Positions 1 to 13,399 of a stretch of 64,000 nt of DNA are shown here, one piece after another. Numbering within the stretch: position 1 is the stretch's first letter; each line of letters starts with the position of its first letter. The position numbers and the translations under genes are program-made. Under the pieces are notes generated by a model, which worked only from the letters and a program-made list of their open reading frames with translations, searched no databases and was not told where the DNA came from. Source of the DNA: Octopus vulgaris (lineage: Eukaryota); contig OX597815.1 of assembly GCA_951406725.2 (NCBI GenBank), forward strand, positions 93,372,001 through 93,436,000, in the 5' to 3' direction.

Positions 1-75
1 CCACAACTTAACACCATCCAAGTTAACCCTCTTCACCTATACAAACCGGCCAATGGATGGGGAGGCGTTTGCTCA

Positions 76-119
<44 letters not shown>

Positions 120-247
120 AAGAAAGATTTTCTTTAAAATTATTAACAATTACAAAAAAAACATTTTTTGCTTTGCAAGCACTAACTTTTGAGATCTCCC
201 TTTAAATATTGTGACTGTATCAAGTATTTTTTACAAAAACTTTTTAA

Positions 248-359
<112 letters not shown>

Positions 360-1332
360 TGTTTGAATAACATAACCTGAACATAATTTACTATTACTTT
401 GTAATTAACTACTTAGATGTACTAAATTGAAATAAAAAAATAGAATTAGAAACTAGAAATGAGCTGTCCCCAGTCATAAAGAGTTAGGTTCTCTTCAATT
501 ATTTTTTTAATACACAAGTATCTCTCTGTACTTAAGGAATTTGTTTTGCAATCAGGCGTTTTCAGGTTTCACTCAACTGCATAGTACCTTAAGTAAATGT
601 CTTTGCTATAGCCTTGGACTGATCCACTTGGTAGACAGAAACTGTATGGAAGCTGGTAATTAGTGTCTGTGCATGCATGCTCAAGTATAGACATCTGTGT
701 AAATTTCCATGTGTTTTCACATTGTCACCAAATGAAACAAAAAAATGGAGACAGTGTTTATATCTGTCATAAGCAAAATGTTCCATCCTATCCCTAAGTG
801 GTTTCATGGCATGTGAAGACCAATGGAATAAACACATGAAACACAAGTAAGGATTGGTAACAGAAAAAGCAACCAGTTGTTGAAAACTATTTCGATAACT
901 CTCATCAAACTCATTAGCATGGAAAAAGTAGATGTAAAAAAGGTAGTGGTGGCAGTGGAGGTGGCAGTGAATTGTTATTGTGTTTTCAACATCACCCAGT
1001 GTTGTAGAAGCAAATATGCAATTCAACTACCAAACAATCTTACTCAGATGATGTATGAATGGGTTTCAAGTCAAACCACTAGTACTAAACGTACCAAATG
1101 TGCATGCACTGTTATTTAATCCTACCTTCATTGAAACACTATACTAGAAACCCTCTAAATATCTGCCTCTTATTCAAATCATTAAACATGAAATTGGAAC
1201 TGGAATCCTTTCAAAGTGCAAAGTCATTAAATATTACCTTTTGTCAATATATTTTAATTTGACTTATCAGCACTTTCAACACTTTAATTAACTCAATATG
1301 CTACTAATAATAGAATTAAATCAATAAAGAAA

Positions 1333-1394
<62 letters not shown>

Positions 1395-4300
1395 TTCTGC
1401 AACTATTCAAAAATTGATATCGAGAAATTAGTTTTTAGTTATTTCTTGCAGTATCCTTTAAATATTTTCAAAATATAATATTCATTTTGTAACATAATCT
1501 GAAAGCATATTCAGGCACCAGTATCTTATCTGAAAAAATATTTAGGCACCAGTATTTTACAAGGGTTTAACTTCCTTTAATAACATTGATCAGCCAATAA
1601 TACTGACTGAAATGATGGCAGTTATTAACTCTTCTAATTCCGTGAAAGCAACTAAATCCAAGATTCCAAAAATATATATTTATTCATTGTGTAATATCAT
1701 TTAGATTAAACTAAGCCTCTTAGAAATATAATTCTTCACAGTCATCATCATCATTGCCATTATCCTCATTATCTGTTGGCTTAATACCAGCTGACATGAA
1801 CTGAGCCTGTATTACTATTTCCAGACTTCTCAATCCTTACTCATCTCATCTGATCAGTCCTAACAATGATTGACTTATCAAATGCTGTCTTCTGCAAACT
1901 ACTACAGGAACCATCCACACTCTAGCATCTTTTATTCATTCATATTACATGTTCATACTAAAGCAAAAAGGAAGCTTTTTCATGGTCACTCAACATGCTA
2001 AAAATAGTAATCAAATCCATCTCCTATAATTCATATGCTACCATCTTAAAAAAACAACACATTGGATAATGCAGTCCACGATACATTCTGTCCAAATAAA
2101 GATAGAATGGTCATGACAAGGCAACATTAATCACAGGTCTACTTATTACTTTAGCTCCATGGACCAACAACCCCAGTTTCCAATTATTCTCTCTCAAATC
2201 ACTTACACTCAAACCTGCACGCTTTAATAAGCTGGTCAATTCATTCTTCTCCATCTGCTGTAAAGACTCAGTCACAGACCATTACCCTTATTTGTATTTT
2301 TATACAGTTTACTCTTAACATAAAGAGATGGAAACCTTAGGTTTTCAATAAAGGTAGCAGTCCTCAAAACTTCTGTCTTTAATTCTCGATACTGCTCTAT
2401 CAACTTCATTTTCAACTGTAATTACATCACTGCTATACAAAATATATCTGTAGATTTTAACCAACAGATGAAAATACCTTGTTTTTATATATAAATTTCA
2501 ATACAATAATATACAATGGACAGAAAAAGAATTACCAGTTGGATTAGTTTCAGTCTTGTGCTGAGATTATATAAACGGCTGATATTGCCTCTATATTTGT
2601 CAGTTTACATAGGTTACCAATAAAACAATACAAATACTTCAAACAGGGGGTCTCAACACAATCATTCAGCCAGTTAGAAACAACAGTTACATCTCCCTCA
2701 AGCTACAACTGACTTTCTTAAAAAAAGAAAAAAAAGAGAGGGATACAATTTAAGACCTGATATTCATAAAGACAGGATGGTCATAGATGCAGCATCTTCG
2801 ATCATCACTCTGCTTAATAAAGGCTGAACTGAGACAATAACAATTTTGAAATACCAATTATCTACTGGGGTTGATTTCATTATTTGTGCCCACTACAAAA
2901 AAATGTGCAGTGTTTTACTTTTATAACAACTGAGGCAGAATCATTACATCATGAAACAAAATGTTTACAGTATTTGTTCTAGTTCATTACATTCCAAGTT
3001 CAAATTCGGCCAATGCAAACTTTGCCATCCATCTTTTTGAATGGAAAGCTAAGCTGGTAATATAATACCAGTAGAGTACTGGATCAATTTAATTGGCTAA
3101 CCATCTACCCTTTAAAATTTGTAGCCCTGCACCTATGTTAGAATTTATCATTATCCTGATTAAATCAGAGATAGAATGGAAGTACCCATAACTATTGCAA
3201 GCTCTCTGAAAGGGTTGAGATTCATATAGTTAATGTTCAACCTGAATTTCAATAAGTTGATGCTCATAGCAAAAAGACAACAGAGAGGGCAACTCCAACC
3301 AAATATGGTTCTGAAGAGAAAGAAGTGAGCAAAGTATTTAGTGCAGAGTTTAGGAGGTGAAACAGTTTAGAACAGACATTGCCACATTAACTTAGATGAA
3401 AAGAAGCTAATATAGTAATAGTATAGAACAAGGAAACAATGCCTCTGTGATCAGTGGTTGCAAATATAAGTCTTTATCAATCCATAGAGATAGGCTTATG
3501 TTTGGTGTGGTCTAAGATAACTGTGCATGTGTCCATAACAGTTGCATATTCCTAGATATAACTACTTTCAAACTATGATATTAATCTTAAAATATGATGG
3601 AGTTGGTGATGGGACATGTTACAATCTCCATAATATTAATAGGTATACATTTACTACCTGTACAACAGAACAATTATTGGGAGTATTTCATTATGGTTAT
3701 CATTATGACTTGTTCTTAACAAATAATTAAGGCTTAACTGTTGCTAAGCCTGAACATAACTAAAACTGTGTGGGAAAACAGACATGAGAGAAATTGCTAA
3801 AGAATTAAAAAATAAATAAATAAATTGGTATAATCTATGTTCTTCTATAAATTATTAGATATCTATTGTAAAACATAATTTGATAGTATCACAGTTTGTT
3901 TTAAAGATTAAAATATTTTCTGGTTATTTCATTAGAATTAGCAAGACATTTTTGAATATTTTTCTGCCTAATTGGTCAACTTTTCTTAATCCAGATTTCC
4001 TAACAAGTTCTACTGACTTCATGGTTGAGTGGTTAATGGTAAGATTATCTGACTGTAAAAATAAAATTGTTTCAACACAAAAACCACTTTAGCCATAAAA
4101 TTGTGGCTTGTTTTGGCTACCATGATCTAAAGTCATATCAATTTTAAACAGTATCTAAGAAAGAGAAGAAAAGAACTTACATCAGATTACATTTGTTTTG
4201 GTTTTTCTTCTTTTTTGTTGTTTTGGCAGGGGAGGCACATCAAATAACCCCTAACCAAGCAGATATATGATCAAAGGCAATCTAGCCATAACCATCACAT

Positions 4301-5959
4301 CCTTTTCTCAAGCACTACATATGTTGAACTAGAGTATTCAATACTTCCATTTACAGGGCTGTAGGGTGTGATTTGAGCAAGATTTTGTTGCTATTTGAAC
4401 AGGCCAAGAGATCACAAAGAAGTTCTTTCTCTTTGGCTCAATTATACTTATATAGCCAGATATGCCGTTACTTACATATTATATCTCTAACAGTGACAAG
4501 AAGCCAGTAACAATGATTTAATATGTAATAATGATCTTTATATATAAGATAAAGTTGTTATGTGGTCCCATCTTACCTCATATCATGTAAAATTCGTCAT
4601 TCATGGTGAAATTGGAATGAATACAACTGTAATAAGCCATAGTAATTGTTAGAGTTTCTTTTTTGAATAATATCTTAGATTTAAAACTAAATTAGATACC
4701 GTGCTTAACAAGCCAGAACATGGGGTGAGAGCATTAAGATTAAATGTAAGTATAAATAGTCATAAGTAGCTTAATTATTTAATCAAAATGTTCAGATAAG
4801 ATCCTATAACTTATCAAAGAGATCAAATGCTACAGTAAAAGAAAAATAACTACAAAAAGCTCAGTAACATAAAAAAATATAATAATAATAATAATAATCA
4901 TCATCATCTAAGGACTTCTGGAAGAAAAAGAAATAAGAAATCAACAGTTTTCTGCAGTAAGAACAGTAAAGTTATAATAGAATTGTGCAGAATCACTGCA
5001 GATGCAGCTGTTTCCAAAGAAAAATTATCTATTTAGTAACAATGAGAGCAAAGCTATGCTGACAGTCCGCCTGTCCCATCACCTGTTTCAAACTGAACAT
5101 CACCTGTGTATAATGGAATGCTTGCAGCAACTCCCAGCAGAGAATCAATAATCCCAAGAGTTTGTTATTTGCTCTTACCCTCCCAACACTAATTGACATC
5201 CAATATTTTGCAAGATAATTCTTCCATTTTTAATTAACCCCACTACCACTTTCAAAAAAAGAAACTAAAAACAAAAATATTAACTATACTGTAATACAGC
5301 ATACAAATATCAACTAAAGAAGAAAAGATTTCCTTCATTCTTTTTTAATGAAATGCAATTTAAAGAAGTTTAATGCATGTACTAAGAAACCATTAGAGAG
5401 AGCCTCTACACATTTGCTCAACCTGCTAGAAATAGTAGCCAAATCTCCCTCCATCTTGAAAATGGAATGAGGAATAACATGGATAGGACTATGCAGTCTT
5501 AGAAACAATATGCTAGAAATATAATTCAGGCTGTATTTGATTAAAGCTCTGTTGTTAGACACTATATCAAACAAGAACTACAACTAACGTTGACTTTACA
5601 GGAAAATGAACAGAACATCATTTTTCAGGGTAACTTGGACACATGAAGACTTTCATTTAATTATATCTCAATGTCACAGATTCTAACTCAAACAAGTGCT
5701 TCATTGCAATTAAATTATCTCATTAGACTGTAACCTAAAATGGTTTTATTAATGATCAGAAATACAAGATCGTTTGAAATTGATGGAGTGCTCCCATATT
5801 ATAGGAAGAAATGACTTAGAAAGCTATAGTCAATTGAGGGTCACTATTACCAAAATGTCAATTACAATAGCAAGAATCTCTAACAAATGGTTCTATTTAC
5901 CATTAGTTTTATTATTAATTTAGGTAAACAACAGATGATGAGTTCCACCTACATATCTA

Positions 5960-6160
5960 TTAACCCTTTAGTGCTCAGATTACTCTGGCAAATATAATGC
6001 TTATTAATTCACATTGTTTTGAAATAATTATGCCTTACCTCATAGCTTCAAGATTTTTATGATGTGATTCTTTATTTTTAGAATAACATTGTAAGGCAGG
6101 TGTAAGAAGCTGAATCTAGCTGCTTTGAACATTAAACTGGTAGAATATTTTGGCTGGATT
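5960..6160 (+). mobile_element. Short TTAA/CCC-ended interspersed repeat (piggyBac-type MITE-like)
   Basis: Starts ttaaccctttag..cagattactctg. A reverse-complement copy lies at ~43095-43285, ending cagagtaatctgaatgctaaaggg. Confidence 0.65.
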
Positions 6161-6624
6161 AAGATAGAATGGTTAACAGACAGTCAGTTCCCTCATTATG
6201 TCAATAAGGGAAGAATGGTCAATATAAGACCAGTTCCAGTATATCTATTAAAATATCAAGGGTTAATAGACAAGGTTCCAGCATGTCTAGCATGGACAAC
6301 AGATGGTTGACAGAGATAAGAATGAGTAATAGACAGTCATTTCTACAATTATGTTAATAAAGTAGGAATGATAAAAAAAATGGCCAGTTCCATCAGGACT
6401 ATTACTAAGGTAAGAATAAGTGCTTAGTTCTGTTAATAATGTCTATCATTAAGAATGTTTAAGAAATGGTCAGTTCAATGAACTAAAGTAAGAATGATCA
6501 ATACATGGCAACAATAACTTGTTGAACAATACTGATTTCTTCCATAAACAAATTCTCTAAGGGGGACAGACGAAAGGAGGGAGAGAACACTTTAAGACAT
6601 TCAAGCTTTTTCAAAGGAAGTCCT

Positions 6625-7030
6625 CATCCTCATCATTTAACATCCAATTTTTCATGCTTGCATAGGTCAGACAGAACTTGTCGAGACAGGTTTTCTACAG
6701 CCAGATGCTTTTCCTGTAGCCAACCTTAGTTTGTTTAAGGGTAAGATTTTCTCATTATCTAGACATATTTTTCATGGAAAACTGAAACAAACAACATCAC
6801 TTGCATGATGATGCTCATTTACAATTATTCAATGATGCCACGACAAAGATACACACATGAAAACACACACACACACACAATAGGCTTCTTTTGGTCACCC
6901 AATTTATCCTCAGGTTTTGATCAATCTAGGGCTATAGGAGAAGGCACTCGCCTAAAGTGCTATGCAGTGGTACTGAACCACGATCACATGGCTAGGAAGC
7001 AAGCTTCTCAACCACACAACCATAGCTGTG
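6625..7030 (-). mobile_element. tRNA-derived SINE with RTE-like (GAT)n 3' tail
   Basis: The minus strand has a tRNA-like head (ggttgtgtggttgagaagcttgcttcc...ggttcagtacc) and ends ...gcatgaaaaattggatgttaaatgatgag, like the RTE 3' ends in this window. A related copy is at ~8525-8945. Confidence 0.7.
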
Positions 7031-7052
7031 CTTTATGCACCATACAATTTTA

Positions 7053-7088
7053 GGTGGACTTGAACCACCAACCTTTCGGTTAACAACT
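7053..7088 (-). pseudogene. tRNA-Asn(GTT) 3'-half fragment
   Basis: The minus strand reads agttgttaaccgaaaggttggtggttcaagtccacc, near-identical to the eukaryotic tRNA-Asn anticodon, variable and T arms (GGCTGTTAACCGAAAGGTTGGTGGTTCGAGCCCACC). The 5' half is absent. Confidence 0.75.
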
Positions 7089-7812
7089 GTATCATACAGA
7101 CTACTAAAAATTTAAATTCAAATTACTTGCATTATTAATTTCTTTTCTTATGACTATTGATACAATACAAAATGGACCAGTTAACATCTTATTGTTAAAC
7201 TGTGGTTATTGTCACCAATACAAAACTACATTTGTCACCATAGAGTAATATCTACTCTATGGAAACCACAACAATATAAACAACACTTTATTTTATCTTT
7301 CTTATACATCACATGTCTACACTTACAGAGTTGTTGTTATTTAGTCCTAGATTACTCCTGATCATATAAAGTGATAAACAAAAGTGACTTTCAGTCAAAT
7401 ATATGATACCTAGGACTACATTATTCAATATGTCTTTATTCTTTAAGAGATGGATATTTGGTTGCTATTTCTACCAAACCAAGCAACCATGTGGAGGTTC
7501 TTTCATTGCCTCTCTCCAACTGCTACTTTACAAATTAAAGATTTATGTTCTATTATGTATGAGTAAATATATTTCATCTTACTACAAAGATTACTTTAGA
7601 TAAAACCCAGACTTAGTGCCTGCTCAAATCTCCTCAGGTTGTCATCAAACTTTTTATACCAGTCAGATGCACTGAAAGAGATAAACCAATGTTGACCAAT
7701 GTTTGCATAAATTATTACTCACCATATTCTGTACATCACAGAATATCCTTAACGTGTCTAATTCAGGGCAGAGGATAGGAAATATACAGCTAAAGAAATT
7801 GAAAATCATGGT

Positions 7813-8203
7813 ACTCTCTTTACTCTTTTACTTGTTTCAGTCATTTGACTGCGGCCATGCTGGAGCACCACCTTCAGTCAAGCAAATCGACCCCAGGACT
7901 TATTCTTTGGAAGCCTAGTACTTATTCTATCAGTCTCTTTTGCCAAACCGCTAAGTTACGGGGACGTAAACACACCACCATCGGTTGTCAAGCGATGTTG
8001 GGGAGATAAACACAGACACACAAACATATATATACACATATATACGACAGGCTTCTTTCAGTTTCCATCTCCCAAATCCACTCACAAGGCTTTGGTTGGC
8101 CTGAGGCTATAGTAGTGAGGCCCAAGGTGCCACACAGTGGGAATGAACCCAGAACCATGTGGTTGGTAAGCAAGCTACTTACCACACAGCCACTCCTGCG
8201 CCT
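7813..8203 (-). mobile_element. Octopus-type tRNA-derived SINE (CORE-like), near full length
   Basis: The minus strand starts aggcgcaggagtggctgtgtggtaag (A box), then gggttcattcc (B box) and gtggcaccttgggc (CORE-like), has an internal (TG/TA) tract and ends in an AAAGAGT-type tail. Confidence 0.85.
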
Positions 8204-9919
8204 ATGTTTTTATTACATGTATACTATGTTTTCATTACATGTACATGAATTAGCTTGGCTTTTAAATCAAGGTCATGTATTCTTTGTTCTTTTACTGGTT
8301 TCGTTCATGGAATTTTCTATTACAAAGACAAAACCATCAAAGATACAGCCAGTTATATCAAACCAAATACTTTATAGGCATTTAGTGACCTTCAATAAAA
8401 TGAAAGGCAAAATCAATCTGGGCAGAATTTGAGCACAAAATCAACATGTATGTAACCAAAAACAACAATGAATTCTGTCCACTACCCTGTGGATTCCACC
8501 ATCCACTGTCCATATTGTGTTTCATTATCATCATCATTTAATGTCCATTTTTCCTTGCTTGCATGAGATCAGAGTTTATTGCAACAGATTTTATACACCC
8601 AGATGCCTTTCTGTCACCAACCTTCACCTGTTTCCAAGCAAGATAATATTTCCTTATGATCAGACATGTTCTTGCAGAACATTAGAAATAAATTACTCTG
8701 CTTGTATGACAGCGACTATAATTTACAACTATCATGTGATGTCAAAACAAAGAGATACACATATATGCATGCACACACATATAGACAACATGCTTCTTTT
8801 AGTTTCCATCTACCAAATCCAATCACCAGACTTTGGTCAACCCACAGCAATAGTAAAAGATGCTAATCCAAGGTACCACATAGCAGAGTAAACCTGAAAC
8901 CTTCTGGTCAGAAAGCAACCTTCTTAACGACATAGCCACACCTTTATATATGCTGATGTATTTTTATATATACAACAGAACTGAGTTACTGTAAACAACT
9001 GATAATGTGATAATGTTCAAATACTGGAGGGTTGTTTCCACACTTCAATATTAGAACATTAAATACCACTGCTAAGATATAACCTAAATTCACAAGATAC
9101 AGATAAAATTTATTACTGTTATATATAAACAAAGAATGAAGTATTTCCATTGAGAAATCTATTGAAATCATTTAACAATTTATATTTACTCAAATAAAGA
9201 TAATGCATAAGAACGTTAGATTAAATACTTTGGCATATTTACTTTCTGAGTTCCAATCTTCTTGACAATGATTTTGATTTTTGTCTTTCTATGGTTAGGA
9301 AAAAAAATACTTCCAGTCAACTACAAGGACCAATCTAAACAGCTAAACCCTTCTTAACAATGCATGGCCTTGTGCCTATGACAGGAAGAGGAGAGAGAAA
9401 CTATACCCTCTCTTAAAAATTTGTTGCTTTGTTCTTATTTTAGAAATTATTATTTTCTTGTTATAATTATTATAATTGCTATGTTAATCAAGAAATTTTT
9501 GGAGTTTAAAATTCACCCTATATGTGGCAATAACATCTGTTACTTACTTTCAAGTTTGTCATCAAAGGGTGAAAACAGACAATATTTCAGTGAGAAAAGG
9601 AAGATATTTTAAGTAAGAAATGTCATTAAGTACCTAAACTAAACCAAAGTATTTAAGCAACAATGGGGAAAAAATAAATACATAATTTTTTTTTTTAAAT
9701 CCACACTGAGGGGAAGACATCCTAAAATTTAAAATATGTAATTGATTAATCAGATTGCAAATACCCATATTAAAATATCTAAAGGGATTAATTAACATTT
9801 ACACCTACTTTGTTTTGATCAGTTCAATCTCCAATCATTGTCTGATGTCCTATTCCTAGATATGTACATAGTATCAGATTAGGAACTCTATTTCTTAACT
9901 TAGTAATAATATTCTTTAA

Positions 9920-10993
9920 CCCTTTCATTACTATATTTCTGACCAAAATACACCCCTTATGTGTTTCAATTAATTTCTAATGTAATCATAAATTTAGTCT
10001 GGTTTCACTAAACAACTATAACTTTTTTATTTATCAATATATTAACGTGAATTTTGGAAGATAATTTAATGAAATGTTCTCAACCAATTCTATACTATAA
10101 TTTTTGTCACAAAGCGACCCTAATTGCAGGTAGATACAGGTAAATTCAACAAAATATAAAATTATTAAAATTTTGTTCAAACATCGCTATAGAAAATGGG
10201 TTATTAGCTAAAATTCAATTGGGTATACAACAAAATTTTACGATAGAATTTGTTATTCTGGGTAACTTTCTGATACCCATAATAATATTTATGGCAAAAT
10301 AGTCTTAATTTCATTTAAGGTTATGGGAAACCACTAACTATCCTCTCTTTCGTTTTGTTTACATTTAGCGTAACAGTTCGTTTCTGCCGTAATGATTTCA
10401 AATAGGCTCATTCGAAAAAGTAAAAAGAAATAGTCTAAGGCTTTACTCTTCTGGGAAAGTCTGTGGCTTGGTCCAGTTTCTTCAGAAAAATCACTGAAAG
10501 AAACAGTTTTTAAATTTTCACTCCATTCAGGTGCCAATTCATTTTCTTTATCGCTGTCGGAGCTCTCGGATTCACTGTTTTCACTTTCGGAAAATGAAAC
10601 ATCAGATTCATTATCAAATACCACGTGCTTTTTTTTTCAGTCATAGAGTTAGACTTATGAAGGTCTTCAGTAGAAAATCCTTCGAATTCTGACTCGCTGC
10701 TTGATATAATGAAATTCGTATCCATTTTTTGTCAGAATTACAAATTTTGAAAACACAATAGGAACAAATTTCGGAAAAAAATCTCCCCAAATTCACGGAA
10801 TTAAAATTACACTTCGATTTTTGTACAAAACTGTAGTTGAACTGTTTACAAAGTATAATACGTGTTTTCACGAATGTACTAAAGAGATTTGCTCTGATAT
10901 TCTCATTTAAATATGAATAGGTAAATTCGGGCGGCTTTGGGCGGTTTGGTCACATTAACCAAAATTTTTTCGGGCGGTTTGGTATTGAAATGG
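9920..10993 (-). mobile_element. Internally deleted piggyBac element carrying the transposase N-terminus
   Basis: TTAA at 9916-9919 and 10994-10997. Imperfect TIRs CCCTTTCATTAC / CCATTTCAATAC, plus subterminal GGGCGG repeats. ORFs 10725-10510 (SESEFEGFS) and 10624-10334 (acidic tract, F...GP...LDYFFLLF...I.AETN.YA) resemble the PGBD-type transposase N-terminus. Confidence 0.85.
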
Positions 10994-11074
10994 TTAACAA
11001 TTAGGCTACCAATCAGTTATATGCAAGAACAACACATGAGAAATAGCTGAATTTTTAGCTTAAGGTAATAATAA

Positions 11075-11240
11075 AGGCATAATGCCTGAAATTTGTGGGG
11101 AAGCAACTAGTTGATTACATAAATCCGCCTTTTAATGGTACTAAATTTATCGACCCCAAAAGGGCGCTGACCATGGTGAAATTTGAACTCAGACTGTAGT
11201 GATGGGCAAAATACTGCTAAACATTTCGTCCAGCTTGCCA
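11075..11240 (-). mobile_element. Degenerate copy of the second SINE family (same as 46274-46505)
   Basis: tttatcgacccc...aatttgaactcaga...aaatactgctaaacatttcgtcc...cagcttgccacct is the reverse complement of that family. A further copy is at ~56670-56868. Confidence 0.75.
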
Positions 11241-11782
11241 CCTAACCTAAGGGTAGTCATAATCATTTTCCCTACACAAGTGACACATAGGTTATTATCC
11301 TTAGTTTAAAAATATAGGTTTTTAGTTCAAATCCAGTCTGGTATTAAATACATCTCCAGTGAAAATTAACCAATATATTGTGTAGATGTAAATACTGAAA
11401 AAAGAAAACATTTTCCTCTTAAACAATGAACTTATTGGTCGAATTACAATTTAATTAACAACAAGACATTTTGACAATGATTGGTAGGTTTGTTCATTTA
11501 TGCATATATGTCATTTACAATGGTGTTATTAGTAAGATCAACAAAAAAGTATTCCAGCCAGTGAGAGATACATATCACTTAATAGACACATTATTTGGAG
11601 ACACGAGGCATGATATATAAATCTGGTGAATTATAGTGTTTCCACTGCATGAAACTATTAGTAGCTCATATTTAAATACTGCGTATATTAAATGAAACAT
11701 GTATCTGTATCTGCGTGCGTGCATGCGCACATGTACACGTGTATATGTTTTCATTGTGAGTAAAAATTAAAACTTAACTTAC

Positions 11783-11905
11783 TTGTCCAACAGATTCAAA
11801 ATGCTCGTGGCTCTTTTGTAAAGCTTTAGCCCTTTGCAAAGTTTTTCCTATAGATGTATTTTTCTTCAGGAAAACATCACCATGGTTATCAAGCCAATCA
11901 ATCAC
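11783..11905 (-). CDS. trio: Trio/Kalirin exon (last found in window), spectrin repeat
   Basis: ctttag|123 nt|gtaagt. VIDWLDNHGDVFLKKNTSIGKTLQRAKALQKSHEHFESVGQ (cf. VLDWIENHGEAFLSKHTGVGKSL.RARALQKRH..FE.VAQ). Confidence 0.95.
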
Positions 11906-12266
11906 CTAAAGGAGGCAAACCAAATGCATACATTAAAAAATAGATGTATTTGCAGCTGGAGGTACATATTGTTTTCATTTTATTTTGATTTATTGGGTAG
12001 TTTTCCTCAATTATTTTTTTCAATTATCACAAAGTATTATATTTATTCCTATTTTCAAAATAAATATATACAACTTATAATATCAAAATCATAGCTTTTA
12101 AATTTATATTTCAATTCTAAAAGGATCTTATTGACAATCTATGTCACAATTCAAGACCAAGATCTAATATATTGATCATTTCACTCTCTCTCTCTCTCCC
12201 TCTCTTTCTTTCTTTCCTAAAATACATAAGTCAGAAGAAATGCAGCTGCAGTAAAAACAACTGTAC

Positions 12267-12368
12267 CTGTTTGACATCTTGCTGAAACAAGCGCAAACCT
12301 AACCTCTGGTGCAACTTCACTTTCTTGTTATGCCACAGATGTTCTAAATGACGTTGATGAGCTAGAAC
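12267..12368 (-). CDS. trio: Trio/Kalirin exon, spectrin repeat
   Basis: ttccag|102 nt|gtacag. VLAHQRHLEHLWHNKKVKLHQRLGLRLFQQDVKQ. Confidence 0.94.
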
Positions 12369-12399
12369 CTGGAAGAAAGAGAAAAGGATTTATATTTAA

Positions 12400-12650
12400 G
12401 CAAATGGTACAGTGGTTACATTTATACAAGTGGTACAATATTCACACAAGTGGCACAGTTTTTAGACAAGTGGTACAGTATTTAAACATATGGTACAGTA
12501 TTTAGACATGTAGTACAGCCTTTAGACAAATGGTATAGTAATTTAAATGTGATAAAATTTTTATTCTTGTGGTACAGAATTTAGGCAAATGGTACAGTAG
12601 ACATGTGGTACAATATTTCAATATGATACAGTATTTAGACAAATAGTAAA
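12400..12650. repeat. Degenerate ~20-bp minisatellite (GACAAGTGGTACAGTATTTA)
   Basis: About 11-12 diverged units visible directly upstream (gene sense) of the acceptor of the exon ending at 12368. Confidence 0.85.
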
Positions 12651-12826
12651 GTATTGGTTCAATTGCTACATTAATGAATATGAAAAGACCTTATCATCAG
12701 TCAGTTATAGAGTTGATATTTACTAGTGTCTGCACAATTGATGGAGTAGCCATTTTTGGTTTTTGCCCATTATTCCTCATTCTTTACCTCTTTATTTAAA
12801 ATAGCTTGAAAACTCATTGTTAAATT

Positions 12827-12872
<46 letters not shown>

Positions 12873-13399
12873 TCAGGGCTTCATCAGGAAAGGAAGAACA
12901 GAGTTCATAACATTTTGCAGAGCCTCAAATATTGCTGCAAGAAAATAAAGGAGAGACCATACCTCCTGGGTTTCTGCAGTAGCAAGTAGTGTGTCAAAAC
13001 CTGGTCCTAATACTTGCAATACAGTGAATATCACTACAGGTAGATAAAACCCAGGTCGTGAGCAACAAATTATACCACACCAACATATAAGATTGATATC
13101 ATCGATATGAATGCATACATATATGGTGATATCAGAAAGTTCTTAGCAAACCTACAAAGAATTTGCACCATTATTCTAATAAATAGCATGTTTCCTACAT
13201 TATTTTTATTTGAATGATAACAAGTAGGTGAAGAAGTGACAGGAGAGTCATGTGGAAAGAACCAGTGGAAGACAGCAAAAGTGCAGAAGGCTGATCATGA
13301 AGGAAACCCTTCCAAACCATGCAAGCACGGAAAAACTGGGCATGAAGGAGTGGGGAGAGGAGGAGATGTAGATTAATGATGATGATGATGATTTGGGGA

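Noticed and set aside
1-78. Possible LINE endonuclease remnant (GWGGVCSFI)
   Set aside because: Too short and truncated by the window edge and a microsatellite to support.
589-1119. Overlapping 145-aa and 80-aa ORFs
   Set aside because: They overlap a decayed SINE copy and simple repeats, with no domain signal.
4577-4626. AG...GTAAGA-bounded 50-nt candidate exon on the minus strand
   Set aside because: Weak pyrimidine tract, not a multiple of 3 and has an in-frame stop, so it is indistinguishable from chance.
5055-5160. Short protein-like minus-strand frame (LGIIDSLLGVAASIPLYTGDVQFETGDG)
   Set aside because: No similarity to the expected next Trio exon, no convincing acceptor, and it ends in a stop.
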